Origin: Lepidodermella squamata
Taxonomy: Eukaryota; Animalia; Gastrotricha
DNA: 64,000 bases
Assembly (NCBI GenBank): GCA_047495785.1
Contig: JBLDXI010000021.1
Location: 682,001-746,000 of the forward strand
Direction: 5' to 3'
Both the position numbers and the translations under genes were made by a program. Positions 8,746 through 21,100 of this stretch are shown here, one piece after another. A model generated the notes under the pieces. It worked only from the letters and a program-made list of their open reading frames with translations, did not search any database and was not told the origin of the DNA. Positions within the stretch are counted from its first letter, which is position 1; each line of letters starts with the position of its first letter.

Positions 8746-11700
8746 ATGACAGCAACACATGACAGCGTCAAAGACTACCTATATTCTAAGGATGTACCGC
8801 GAATGTTCGAATGTCTACTCGGATCGTTGATGCATCACAAGCCCGAGAATCCTATAAGCTTCGTTCGAGATTGTCTTCTACAAATAAAAGCAAACGGCGG
8901 CCTTGACGCACTGAAATGGAACACATTTATCGACAGAGCACCTCCACCAGCGACTGCCGATCAAATAGCGACGCTCAAATCGAAATGGCGCCCACTGATG
9001 AGTCAACGACCTCTTCCAGCCATAGCACCGCCACCTCAGCCGGTTAAAGCCGTTCCCCGGCCGCTGATTTGCTTAATCGGCGCCGATCGAGCTCTTTTGG
9101 CTGGTGCATCGTCTCTTCTTATGAAGCAGTATGACTTTGTTTTCAGAAATATGGGACAAGAGCCGTTGGTGAATGACGTACGTTTTTGGAGGGTGAAACT
9201 TTCTTCAATAGAATAATCACTCTATTGGCAGATAACTTCGAGCACTGAAACCATCGGCAATTGGGTAAATCTAGTTAACAAACAAGGCAGCACCTGCTCA
9301 GGCTTTCTAGTTACCGGTTACCCTCCTACAAAATCTCATTTAGATGCATTTCTGCGAAAGGTAACGGTGGCTTAATCTGATGAAGTTGAATGGATAATAA
9401 AATCATTTTTTTTAGAAAATTATGGCCTACCATTTGCTTCTGATTATTCATTTAAAAACATCGGCCCCAGTGACTCCTTCCATTACAGCTTGCATTGAGC
9501 GAGCGCGATCGTCTTCCAAAGGCTTGAATGTCGTCGAGGTGAGTAATTATCACCATCCTGAGAGCCTTCATTATTTGTTTCGATTTTATTTTTACAGTTC
9601 GAGGTTGAATCTGCGGAGGATGGATGCAATGAGGCCATTGGCGCCATTGTCGAGAAGTACCACCTTCACCCCTCACCCAGCCGTTTGGCTAGGGCTGGTA
9701 CCGGTCTAACTTCTGCGGGTGGCGAGGGCGTTTTAGCTTTCAAAGGCGAGAACATGAAAGCCGAAGCGGCTAGGAAGCCTGATTTGAACCCAGCTGTGCC
9801 TCTCGTGATGCTTTACGTCGGGCCCGAATCGAAAGACTATCTAGCTCACATTTCAAAGCTTCCAAATATCCAGTGTTTTGCTCAGGAACCGGCCGATACC
9901 GATGAAAAAGCTCACCAGCAACTGTTAGCCTCGCTGATTATGGCTGGTAAAGATTCAGGTGTTGTATGCATAAATTTCCCGCGCAGTGAGCACCAGCTTA
10001 ATTGGCTGCTAACTCGCGTCGGCGGCCTGACAAGTGCCGCCCTTGTCGACTATACGGAAGAAGCGATGGAGGATCGACTACTCGCGGCTAAGGCAAATAC
10101 TGCTGCGATTCAGTACTACAAGGAACAAACAATTCCGACAATTCACTGGCTTGACAGAAATGGAAAGCTTAAGCTTATCGTAAGTAAATTATTTTTGAGA
10201 ATTTTCCTAATTTCAAAACTTAAATTTTAGTGCCAAATCGCGAAGCCTGACGATGAAGTTGATGCCTTCAAGCAAGTGGAAGAATTTATAATCTCAGAAG
10301 TATTTTATCAGGTATGTTTACACTACCCATGCCAAATTTTGCATAATTGATTGTGATTTTTGTTGATTTGTTTTTGCGTCTCGATTACCAATACTTCTAT
10401 AAGCATCGTTTTATACAGCGTAATAATCGCCCAGTTTTTATCCCGGTATTCATGTGACTTGCCCAGTGTTTGCCCGGTGGGATTCCGGTGTTGACGATTT
10501 ACGCAAACTACTACATACTGTTGTTTTATCGGATTTTTACAAGCCCAACTAGTGGCTTCTAAAATCATGTATTGACTAGGTAGTAATTTGCACTCGCATA
10601 GATCAGTTGCTTTAAGCACTTCATTTTAATTTTGGCCGTAGAACATATCCGCTTTAAAAATCGTCGGTGTGTAGGTAAAGGTATTGCATTATATGCGAAT
10701 GAAAAAAATAAAATTGACAGCCTGATGCTGCCATGCGCGTTTATCTATCATCGTTATAGTAGTAGGTAATACCTCGCCGCCTTAATGTTTTATATTAATA
10801 AAACCACTCGTTCTCGAGCCTTCCGCCGATGGTCTCCATTTCTTTGCATCTGAAGAAGAAGCCAGCATTTTTATACCATCAAGTACCTTGCTACGATGAT
10901 GCAGAGCAGCGGCGCGTCTTAAGCAGCAGCAGCGAGCCGAGTTTGCTCTTCGCTTTTTTTTTCCACTGACGTTGTTCGGCAATGTTCTGCACACGTGGCA
11001 TGTGTACTTTTCCATTTTTTTCATCTTACATTCTGCATCACCGGCCAGCCCCCGGCATACATCTACTCATCGACTCTAACAAATAATAATAATGGTAGCG
11101 CAAAAGAGAGATATAACATTTCTGAGGTGTTGGCGCTCATTAGACGGGGCCGCCTTAATCATTTTTTCTAGAATATCCGCTAAACCGCCCATTTTTTCAC
11201 GCATGTTTTTTTGCGACTGGTGGAGCGAAATGCTCGTTTTTTTGTGCGCATATCGCATCTTCCTTCGCTACAATTTTCTGGCCGAAATAAGTAACTGCTC
11301 GACTGGTTTTGTACATCTGCTCCGACTGCATCAGTTTTCTTATTAAACATATATCGTTAATTATTACCATTACATCTTCTAGACACACTTGCTGTTGTTG
11401 TTTTTCTACACAACATTTTGAAAAGTCTTGCAACTTTTCTTCATAAAGGTGAGTCGGTAATTTAATAAAATGCATATTTAATACTAAATTTCCGTTACAT
11501 TCATCGCCAACAGCTGGCGTGTCTGGCTGAATTCAGCCTATATCATTCTAGAATCAGGTGTTGAAATGCCTTATGCGTTTAATACCTATTATTATTTATA
11601 TATATATATAAGAAGCAATGTTTTGATAAGGATATTATTAGTTTGAAAATATATATACCCCATATCTCGCCGGTTTTTATGGCACAGGTTCTCCGATATC

Positions 11701-14700
11701 TTTATACGAACCCGCCGTAGTACATATAATTCAATCCAGATTTCATCGTTTGTTACGATGCTTGTATATATATACCCTGACTCTTCTAGCGTTGAAAAAA
11801 TGAGCTTTTGAATACGGCTACCTGTTAATTTTATCTCCTCGATAGCGACACTGCGTGTACCCGGAAAAAAAATGGGCAACAAATTAAACAAATTGGTAAG
11901 CGTTTTGACTAATTAGTACTACTGCCTAGGTTAGGCTACCGTGCGTTGGTTGCTCGTAATTCTAATTCAGCATTATTACAAGGCAAATTACGCGAATCCG
12001 AATAAGTGGAGAGATGCTGCGTGAGATTTGCTTGACTTGCATTTTTTCCGTGCTGTAATAGCAGCGGATGAAAACAAAGATTTTTGGCCGAGATATTCAG
12101 CTGCCGCTTGAGATGTATGCCTAGCTATAAGGCAGATTATGATAATAGTATAATAAGGCGGCTTGAGGACCGATGCCTCAATACGTCTGTCACACATATA
12201 CGTGCCGGCGTGTTGTGTGTTTGGGGCTCGATCTTGCGATATGCCTCGTTAGTAATTGCTGCGACGGACCTTTTATACCTACATAGTAGTCCTCGCCTCA
12301 CTCAACCATCGTTTTTCCTCATGCAAAAATCTAGGCTATGGTTTATACATACCTATCTACCTACCTGCATCTGCTGCTGCTGCTGCTGCTGAGCAATGAT
12401 TTCAGTAAATAATGTCTTGTTGCTGATATTATCAGCCGAGCGAGACTCGCTACATTGCTGCAACAAACAATAATAAATAAATCGGCGTCTTTCGTTATGG
12501 CCTGTTCTCTCGTTCTAAAATCACGTGTATTGTTATTATTTTTCGGACACTATAGCCCTCCTAACTGCTATATAATATAATTTGCATAAAAAGCTGTTAA
12601 ATTCATCGCCTGACGCGCGGGCTCGATTTTATACCTGCGCGTGTCACATAACGTCGCCGTTTATCACGCTGCAACGCGATTTATTCCTTATACGAGAAAG
12701 TCATCATCCATGCTTGGGTGAAAAAATAATCTAAGCGCGATTATGTTTAATAACTGCCTGCCTTGCTGCCCGCTGCGCCCGAAACGCCGCTCATCGGCCG
12801 TCGGCCCCGTCCTGCCCGATCAGCAGCAGTCGGGCATGGGCGACGGGCCGTCGAGTGGTTCAGCCTCTCGAAACTCCTCAAGCCGGGTTAGTTTCTATTC
12901 GATTTTTTTTCCTCGTAAATTTGTCATATCATATTTCCTCAGGCGCGAAGACACGTCTTTTTAGCATTATTTTTTGTGAAATGCTATCACCATTATTATA
13001 ACTGAGAAAGCGCAGCGTAAACTGTTAAATGAGATTAACTAGCTTAGCGAGAATGCGCTTAAAGTAATATTAATATTAAAATATATTTTTCAGGGCAAGA
13101 AGGCTCCATCCTCTGCTGCTGTTGCTCCTGCTCCTGCTGCTGAAACGAACGAAACAGAAAACATGTCGATCCGTAAGTTTCTCTTTATTTCTAAATTAAT
13201 TATAAAGGATAAACGGAAAAATCAATTAATAATATTAGGCGGTAGGATGAAGCGCTGAGAGCGGTTTGTGTACCATAAATATTTACCTTTTCATTTTGCT
13301 CTGACAAAGTGTAGTGGCGCGATACATTTTACGTTTTCATTGTTTCAGTTCCGCTATGTAGCGCGCATTATTCTATATTAGGTATATTACTTTCAACTGA
13401 GTCCAAGGTCCAATTTAGTTTTATTAGCCTGCACACCTGCTGAGCGACATATTTTTACACGCTTGACCGAGCATTATTTGTGTTGTTTATATTTCGAGCT
13501 GCGATAAGAAAAACCAAGCTACTCGAATTTTTTGTTGTTCTTGACTTATTGATTTTTCGCTCGCGTGTGATCAAAATAATAAAACTAAAAATTTATTTTA
13601 ATTTCCTGTTTGGACTAAATTTTGTTAGACTGCTGCATTTATTTGTTTTGAAACGACTAAATGCTGATTTCGCAACTAAAACGCCTGTTTCTTCAAACTT
13701 GGCGTGTTTTTTACGACAATTTTACCTGGTTACTAACATATTTTCTTCCTCGAAAATCCCTTATAGAGCCGCAAACCCCGGCGGCTGTGGTTGCTGCTGT
13801 GGAACCTGAGCCTGAGCCATCAGCGCCGGCTGAGACTAACGTCCACGTCCATGTTGAACAGCCAACACCGCCGCCTAGCCGCGAAACCTCACCGCAAGCC
13901 ATCGAAGAGCCGAAAAAAGCTGAGGAGAGCCCAGCTGCGGATGACTCAGCCGCAGTTGAAACCGTGGCAGCTGTCACGGTGGGGGCTGTGATTCTCGCGG
14001 CTTCTCTCGAGGCTGAAAAGCAGGAAAACGACGAAGTGCTCAATTCCGTAGAAGAATCTCATACTAATTCCAATTCAACGCCGGTTATTGTATTGCAAGA
14101 GCCTGTTGTCGTGGCTGAGACGGATAAAACGGTGACAGGCGACGTAGATCAGCCGAATCCTGAGTACTCAGCCGTGCTGGACGCGACTCAGGCCGAGGAA
14201 CAGGCTGCTGAACAGATTTTGCAAGAAGTTATTACGGATGCTCACGTCGAGGCTGCGTCGGCTGAGGAAGAAGCTGCTGAGATAATAGTCGACCAACTCG
14301 TCACCGAGGCTCATCAGGAGGAAGAAATTGCGGTTGTTGAGGAGGTCACGCAAGAGGAGGTTATCCAACCGCAAGTCACCGAGTCTGAAACTGGTCATAG
14401 CGACAATCCAAACCCGGAATATTCCGCGATATTAGATGCAAGCCCCGAGGAAGCGATGGCTGAAGTTGTACTGGAGCAAATCGAGTCGGAGGCGAAAGCT
14501 GAAATGGTGTCGAATATTGAAGAAATCGCCTCGACACCCGCGGCTGAAAATGCTCATGATGGCAGCCATTATCATGACACGCATGGTTTGTTCAACTTTA
14601 AATTTTAACCGACCCCTTTTTAACCATAATAATGACATTCGTTGCAATAATTTTGGGATCAGAAAGCTGAAAAATGATTGCTGAATCAGGCTAATTCATA

Positions 14701-17700
14701 TTTTTTTAATTTAAAATTTAAAATTAAAATAAAATAATAAAAAATAATGAAATTTAAAATTTAATTTGATTTTTTTCAAATTTTGTAATTTTTTCAATTA
14801 GAGAAATTCCGAGAAATAAATATATTTTTCTGATTTATATGTATGTCCGTTTTTTGGCTATTTTCTCAGTATATTGCGACGAATGCTTTCATAGCGGTCA
14901 TTTTCCCCACGTGAATGCCTTGGGCTTACTGGGCCAAAAACATTGTCCAGGCCTGCTCCGTTGCATTATCGTGAAAACAATAACAAAATAACACATTCTT
15001 TTTACTAGAGCATGCGAGTTATCTTACTTTATTTTGCCAAGTCTGATTCATCATTCACGGCGACATTCTTGCTATAGCCTGATTCAATTTGCGCGCGTAT
15101 TGATTTCTCTGACCGTAATTTGCGGCCCAGACTTTTTTTTATGAAACGGACAAAAGCTGTCGTAGTCATTTAAATTTTGTGACATGGTTTGCTTATTTTT
15201 TCTTGAAACTCTAGAAAAACTCAAGGATACCAAGGTCATCTTCGTCCTTGGTGGCCCTGGAAGTGGCAAGGGAACTCAATGCGCGAAGTTGGTCGAACGG
15301 TACGGTTTCGCCCATTTATCGACCGGCGATCTACTCCGAGCTGAGGTCGCCTCTGGCTCGCCTCGCGGCAAGAAACTCGAGGCAGCTATGGCTGCTGGCG
15401 AATTAGTCACCCTCGACACTGTTCTTGAACTTCTCCGAGATGCCATGCTTCACGCCGTAGATAAAGGCCCAGCCCCTGGCTTTTTGGTCGACGGATTCCC
15501 CCGTGAACTCGACCAGGCGTTGAGGTTCGAGAAGGAAATTCGCGCGCCGGACGCTGTCCTATTTTTCGACCTGAGCGAGGCAACCATGCGTGCCCGTTTG
15601 CTGAAGCGAGGCGAGACATCAGGCCGCGTCGATGACAACGAAGAAACCATCGTGAAGCGGTTCAAGACCTTCGAACAGCACAGCAAGCCTGTTGTTGAAC
15701 ACTACGGACCCTCTAAAAAGCTGCACAAGTTCGTCGCCGAAGGTTCGCCGGACGAAATTTTCAGCCAAGTCACCGCAATCGTCGACCCGTTGATGGGCCG
15801 GCAGGGTACGGAATAAACGTTTATTATATTGTTAACAAAACCCTCTGATACCCTGTGCTAAATATCTATAATAATAATAATGAATAATATATCAATTGTT
15901 ACTGACATTTGTTTTATTGACGAAAAGCTAGAGAATTTTATCGCTTGCGCATGATTTTGAAATAAAGAATGTTCAAGTTTTGGCGTGTCCATTGTTCTAT
16001 TTTTCATCCTCAGTAATAACCTCCCAGGCAATCCTACTACCTTCCAACGAATCTGCTGCAAAACTTCCGAAGAACTAATGACAGTGAAAAGCTTTGTTTT
16101 CACTAATCCAACGTAAAAAACACAAATTTTGAAGCAGTTTCGCATATTACAGGCGTGGATAAGCTGAAAAAGACCAAGGTGATTTTTGTTCTCGGTGGCC
16201 CTGGAAGCGGTAAAGGAACGCAATGTGCCAAGCTTGTCGAACGCTACAAATTTGCCCATTTATCAACCGGAGATCTGCTGCGGGCGGAGGTTGCTTCAGG
16301 ATCGCCTCGAGGCAAAAAGCTCGAGGCAGCTATGGCAGCCGGTGAACTAGTCACCCTGGATACGGTGCTCGAGCTCCTCCGAGACGCCATGCTGAATGCC
16401 GTGAATAAGGGCCCAGCGCCGGGTTTCCTCATCGACGGTTTCCCGCGTGAGTTGGATCAAGCTATTAGGTTCGAGAAGGAAATTCGCGCGCCTGATGCTG
16501 TCCTATTTTTCGACCTCAGCGAGTCCACTATGCGCGCGCGTCTCTTGAAGCGCGGCGAGACATCAGGCCGCGTCGATGACAACGAGGAGACTATCATCAA
16601 GCGATTCAAGACCTTCTCCCTCCACAGCCGCCCTGTTGCTGATCACTACGTGCCGTCGAAGAAGCTTCACAAATTCGCAGCTGAAGGCACACCTGATGAC
16701 ATTTTCAAAAGCGTCGCCGCTGTCATCGATCCTCTGATGGGAAAACAAAGTAAGATTTATGTCCTGATCCAGGTCGTTATGCTGCTCTTCATTAAAACGA
16801 ACCAGTATATCGATTTTCATTTCCGTCCTTTTATGCATGTGCCTGAAATACAAAAGCTGAGAAGCCGCTTTCACACATTTTTTTTATTTGCTATTTGACC
16901 GGCCTATTTGTCCCCGGCCAATGCGAACTCTGGCGTAGTATGTATATGGTTTCGGAGGGATAAAAATCGCGTTATCGCAAAATATTGCCGGCTATGCTCA
17001 TCGTTTCAACGCGTGATAAAATGAATAGCCATGTTTATGTACATATGCGATTGCGAAATATCGACAGCGCGAATACCCAAGCGCAGCGTATAGCTATAAA
17101 ATAATGCTAAAAAAATTGCCAGGCCAGACGCTGCCTAAGCGATGTATGTTTTATGTGGAGACTTCGCGTGTGTATAGAAAATCGAACTCGCAATTTTTTT
17201 AGCTCGCGCGCTCAGACTGCTTTTCGCCATTTTGCTTCGCGTAATGTCTTCATTCTTTTACAGCTCGATAATCATTATAAATTCTCTATAATATTACAGA
17301 TAGAATCAAGTATACAAAAATATACTTGCACATTATTTTATACGCGCTCACGCCCATGAATTCGCTTTAGCCGGTCAATATACTTATGGAATAAGAATTT
17401 GGAAAAACAATATAAGCAACCTCATTTCGCCCAAACTGCATTTGAGAAATCACTAATCTTATTAAAGCCGATTAACGATGACTTCAGGTAGATATATCAT
17501 TGCCAAGAATCAGGAAATTATGGTATTTTTAACTGAATTTCTGTTTTTCAGATGAAGAGAAGCTCAAGAGCACCAAGGTAATTTTCGTCCTTGGTGGCCC
17601 TGGCAGTGGCAAGGGAACTCAATGCGCGAAGTTGGTCGAACGCTACGGTTTCGCCCATTTATCGACCGGCGATCTACTCCGAGCTGAGGTCGCCTCTGGC

Positions 17701-18150
17701 TCGCCTCGCGGCAAGAAACTCGAGGCAGCTATGGCTGCTGGCGAATTAGTCACCCTCGACACAGTTCTGGAACTTCTACGCGACGCCATGCTCCATGCTT
17801 TGAATAAGGGCCCAGCGCCTGGATTCCTAGTCGACGGATTCCCCCGTGAGCTCGACCAGGCGTTGAGGTTCGAGAAGGAAATTCGCGCGCCGGACGCTGT
17901 CCTATTTTTCGACCTGAGCGAGGCAACCATGCGTGCCCGTTTGCTGAAGCGTGGCGAGACATCAGGCCGTGTCGATGACAACGAAGAAACTATCGTGAAG
18001 CGGTTCAAGACCTTCGAACAGCACAGTAAACCCGTTGTTGCGCACTACGGCCCCTCGAAGAAGCTGCACAAATTTGTGGCTGAAGGAAGCCCGGACGAGA
18101 TTTTCAAGAATGTCGCCGCCGTAGTCGACCCTCTTATGGGCAAAAAATAA
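8746..18150 (+). CDS. AK5: AK5-like multidomain adenylate kinase locus (longest inferred isoform: D/D, degenerate AK domains, linker exon, three catalytic AK domains)
   Basis: KDYLYSKDVPRMFECLLGSLMHHKPENPISFVRDCL...LKWNTFI (AK5 D/D). The last 5' exon ends CAG|GTATGT at 10311 (phase 0), compatible with exon 13094-13172, followed by phase-1 AK exons at 15215, 16153 and 17552. The connectivity is inferred from phase. Confidence 0.7.
11872..11895 (+). CDS. Candidate alternative first micro-exon MGNKLNKL (N-myristoylation-type start)
   Basis: aaaATGGGCAACAAATTAAACAAATTG|GTAAGC: strong donor, phase 0, compatible with exon 13094. Confidence 0.55.
12743..12886 (+). CDS. Candidate alternative first exon MFNNCLPCCPLRPKRR... 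(Cys cluster plus basic patch)
   Basis: 48 codons ending AGC CGG|GTTAGT, phase 0, compatible with exon 13094. Confidence 0.6.
13094..13172 (+). CDS. Shared linker exon GKKAPSSAAVAPAPAAETNETENMSI
   Basis: tttttcag acceptor and C|GTAAGT donor. 79 nt, phase 0 in and phase 1 out, matching the phase-1 AK exons. Confidence 0.7.
13661..14585 (+). CDS. Candidate alternative first exon: aromatic/hydrophobic N-terminus plus a long acidic region with repeated NPEY motifs and amphipathic helices
   Basis: 308 codons plus 1 nt ending CAT G|GTTTGT (phase 1), which gives ...HDTHEKLKDTK when joined to AK exon 15215. Confidence 0.65.
15215..15816 (+). CDS. Adenylate kinase catalytic exon 1 (AK1/AK5-type, short LID)
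   Basis: VIFVLGGPGSGKGTQC, HLSTGDLLR, DGFPR, RGETSGRVDD. Possible phase-1 donor after 15805, or read-through to TAA at 15816 overlapping AATAAA. Confidence 0.95.
16153..16749 (+). CDS. Adenylate kinase catalytic exon 2
   Basis: Same motifs. Acceptor ttacag|GC GTG GAT and donor CAA A|GTAAGA, both phase 1. Confidence 0.95.
17478..18150 (+). CDS. Adenylate kinase catalytic exon 3 (17552-18150), with its own candidate micro first exon 17478-17487 giving a stand-alone AK1-like enzyme (MTSDEEKLKSTK...)
   Basis: ATG ACT TCA G|GTAGAT...tttttcag|AT GAA GAG. All AK motifs are intact. TAA at 18150. Confidence 0.9.
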
Positions 18151-21100
18151 TTTGATGAAAGCTGCCTCTACGAAAAATCAACATCATCATCTGTTCATTC
18201 AACATCAGCACGGTGAATCGTGTAAATAAATTTTAATTACACACCTTCCTGCCAATGACCAGCCTCATAGAGAAGTCTTTAATCACGCTACATTTTACGC
18301 TATCTTTCGAAATCTGTGTGCACCTTTCTGTCACATCTTTTCGTATTAGCTCGCCCTTCATGTTATACCTAATCGCATGGCATACTGCTGCATTTGTTAT
18401 TATAACAATAATTCTTAGCTATAAGAATTAGTTGGAGAGTAGCGGATTCAAGTTGAATGCCTATCGCAAAAATGAGATAATCAACACGTGAGTTTGGTGC
18501 CTGGAGTGAGTATGGAAAACTTCAAAGAGCCCGTTTTTTGTTTTTCTATTCATTTTTACTTCAACTGATTCGCCTAGGCTGTTAGCGCGGAGATTTTTGT
18601 TACTCATTGTTTCCCTGTATGTGATCTTATTGTATAAAAATTATATTTATTTCATTCGTCTAATGACCGACCAAAGAATGAACATCGATGAATAACGAAA
18701 AACAACAATAAAAGAGCCAACAGTTTGCGACTTGCGACTTGTGTTTATACTTATCACGGCTTTTTAATGGGAATCTCATTCATTGAAATGAATATGCGAA
18801 AATGACCTGTTTATGAATTTCGAGAGGAAATAATTTTGCAAATGACCTCGATGGTGACTATTCATTAGGCCCCTTTCAAGTGACGGGGTTTGCTACTTGA
18901 AAATTGTGTTTCTATTTTCCGCAGCTGTCATCATGTATGTAGGCTCTGATTGACGTATCGCCTGTTGCGATGGCTTTTCGTTAACGATAAATCGACCGCT
19001 CGCCTGGGCGTGTTTGTTTACTCATTGTTTACTTTAATTTTTAAAAGGCGTGGTTGTTGCCTGCCGGTGGTGGGCATTGTTGTTGAATTTCTAGTGAATA
19101 TTCAATTGCAACAACCAGCGAATCGATTGTTGTGTTTCGCGCTTGTGGCCTTTTGGCGGCGCTGCGTGCGGCAGCGATGAGGCCATCGCGCACTCGAGAC
19201 ATTATTGCGCGCACACCTTTCCGTGCGCTGACCTCTTGCGGGCATATCGCAACAACAACAAAAAGCCCATCTTCCAACCTGAGCGCGTCGTAATTCTTCG
19301 CAACATGCCTCGAACACGAACGAGCTTTTGAAAAGCGAAACGGTCGCGACTTCCACGATTCCTTACCGCACGACACTCGAGTTTATCTGTGTCTCGAACC
19401 CAACAAAAGACCTCGTCGTGCGTACATATTTATCAACTCAGGCGAGTGACATTTTACAGCGCTGATGAATCTTTCAGAAAAAAGCGCGTAGTACACTTTC
19501 GCCACGGTGCAATATCCTGGCTTGTTTTTGCGGGTTTGTTTGTTGTTTGCGCGGGGGGCGACTAGTAGCAACAGCAGGCGGCGCTAGCTAGGTACCTCTA
19601 CCATGTGTTATTACAACGCGTCACACGATGCGTGTAATAAATAACAAGAGACACCTGAAAATCCGTGTTTTTGTTTATGCGCGCCCTTTTGCGCGTTAAT
19701 TACGCTGTACTATATGTGATTTAGCCACTCTTTATCACAACAAATCTACTCGGCTAAATATAGCCCGCAGCCAAGTTGCTTAGTTGATGCTGATGATTAT
19801 AGCATTTGTTGTACCTACGAGTTGATGCACCAAAACGTAACACACACCGCGCAGGTTTTTCCACGACAAATTACCAACGATAATAGCCTTGTCAGTTGCG
19901 CCCTCTTGCGGCCGGTTATAATCCGCAACCGCGCGGCTCGCGATGCAAAACGGCGGCACGTCGCCCATATTCACCGCAAACATCATGGCCCAAGCTGCAT
20001 AGACCAGCCACCATGGGCTCTAACGGATCCGAGAAGCCCGCCCGCCGTGTGTATGTTTGCCCACTCGGCTAACATGATCAACAACGTTATTAATTTATAA
20101 ATATCGCCCACTTCGCGACTGTATAATAGGAAACCCTTCATCTACCACTCTTTCGCTTTGCTTTTCACAATGCCGTATCGTAGCTTTTGGCATCGGAAAA
20201 ATTACGCTACCGATCATACAATGCTATATTTATCCGGCTTATTTTTCAGATTTTCCACCGCAAGCGATAGTTTACGCCATATTCAATAATGAATAAATTG
20301 TTTATCGTCGGATACTCGACACCTTTGAGGAAGTTTGGCACCCTTTTTCTCCGCGTCTCTTTCACAGTTAGAAAGTGAATAGAAGTTTTCACAGGAATTT
20401 AGCCTATTGTTTGTAACATCGCGCGCGAGCTCATTGTTCGGCTTAGTAATCGGCGTTCTGTTCAATGAAAAAAGCGCGCAGCCACTTCCGTCGCGTAGAT
20501 GTCGCCTGTTGATATATGCGCCATTTAGAAGAAACGTGGCTGCGGATGGCATCAAGAGTGCCGATTTTAATTCTTCAGCAGCAACAACATAATTTTATAA
20601 CACTTGAGGATGCGAATTTGTTTTGACAACAATACTGCGATTAATTAAATAGTAGTGATTTTTCACCCGTTTTGCCGCGGCTTTAAGGTCAAACGCTGCC
20701 GCTGCGTGAACGTGCCCCGACGACCGCTGTGGGCTTGAAAACGTGCCGAAAGCACCTAGATATGTATATATGAGCGCCGTCGTCGAACGGCTGTCATCAC
20801 AAACTTAGATAGCTGGCTGCCCACCGCTAAAATGCGACTACATTCAGAAATGCCGCGCGCTAATTTCGAGTTAAGTATCGCCTATGTATTGTCAAGCGGC
20901 GGCGCGCGCGTATCTAGACTAGAATTCACACCTTGACTGTTACACGCGTTATTTTCACAACACCGACGATGACAACGCCCAATAAATCTTCATTTCATAC
21001 GCTTATCAAAGCGATGAACTCAATTCGAGACATTTCAACTTCAGCATTCAGTCGGCCCTAAAACTTACAGCTGCATTTATTCGAATTTTCAGCTTCCATT

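Noticed and set aside
12370-12392. (CTG)n giving a poly-Cys ORF end
   Set aside because: Short microsatellite in intron or promoter sequence; the ORF is unsupported.
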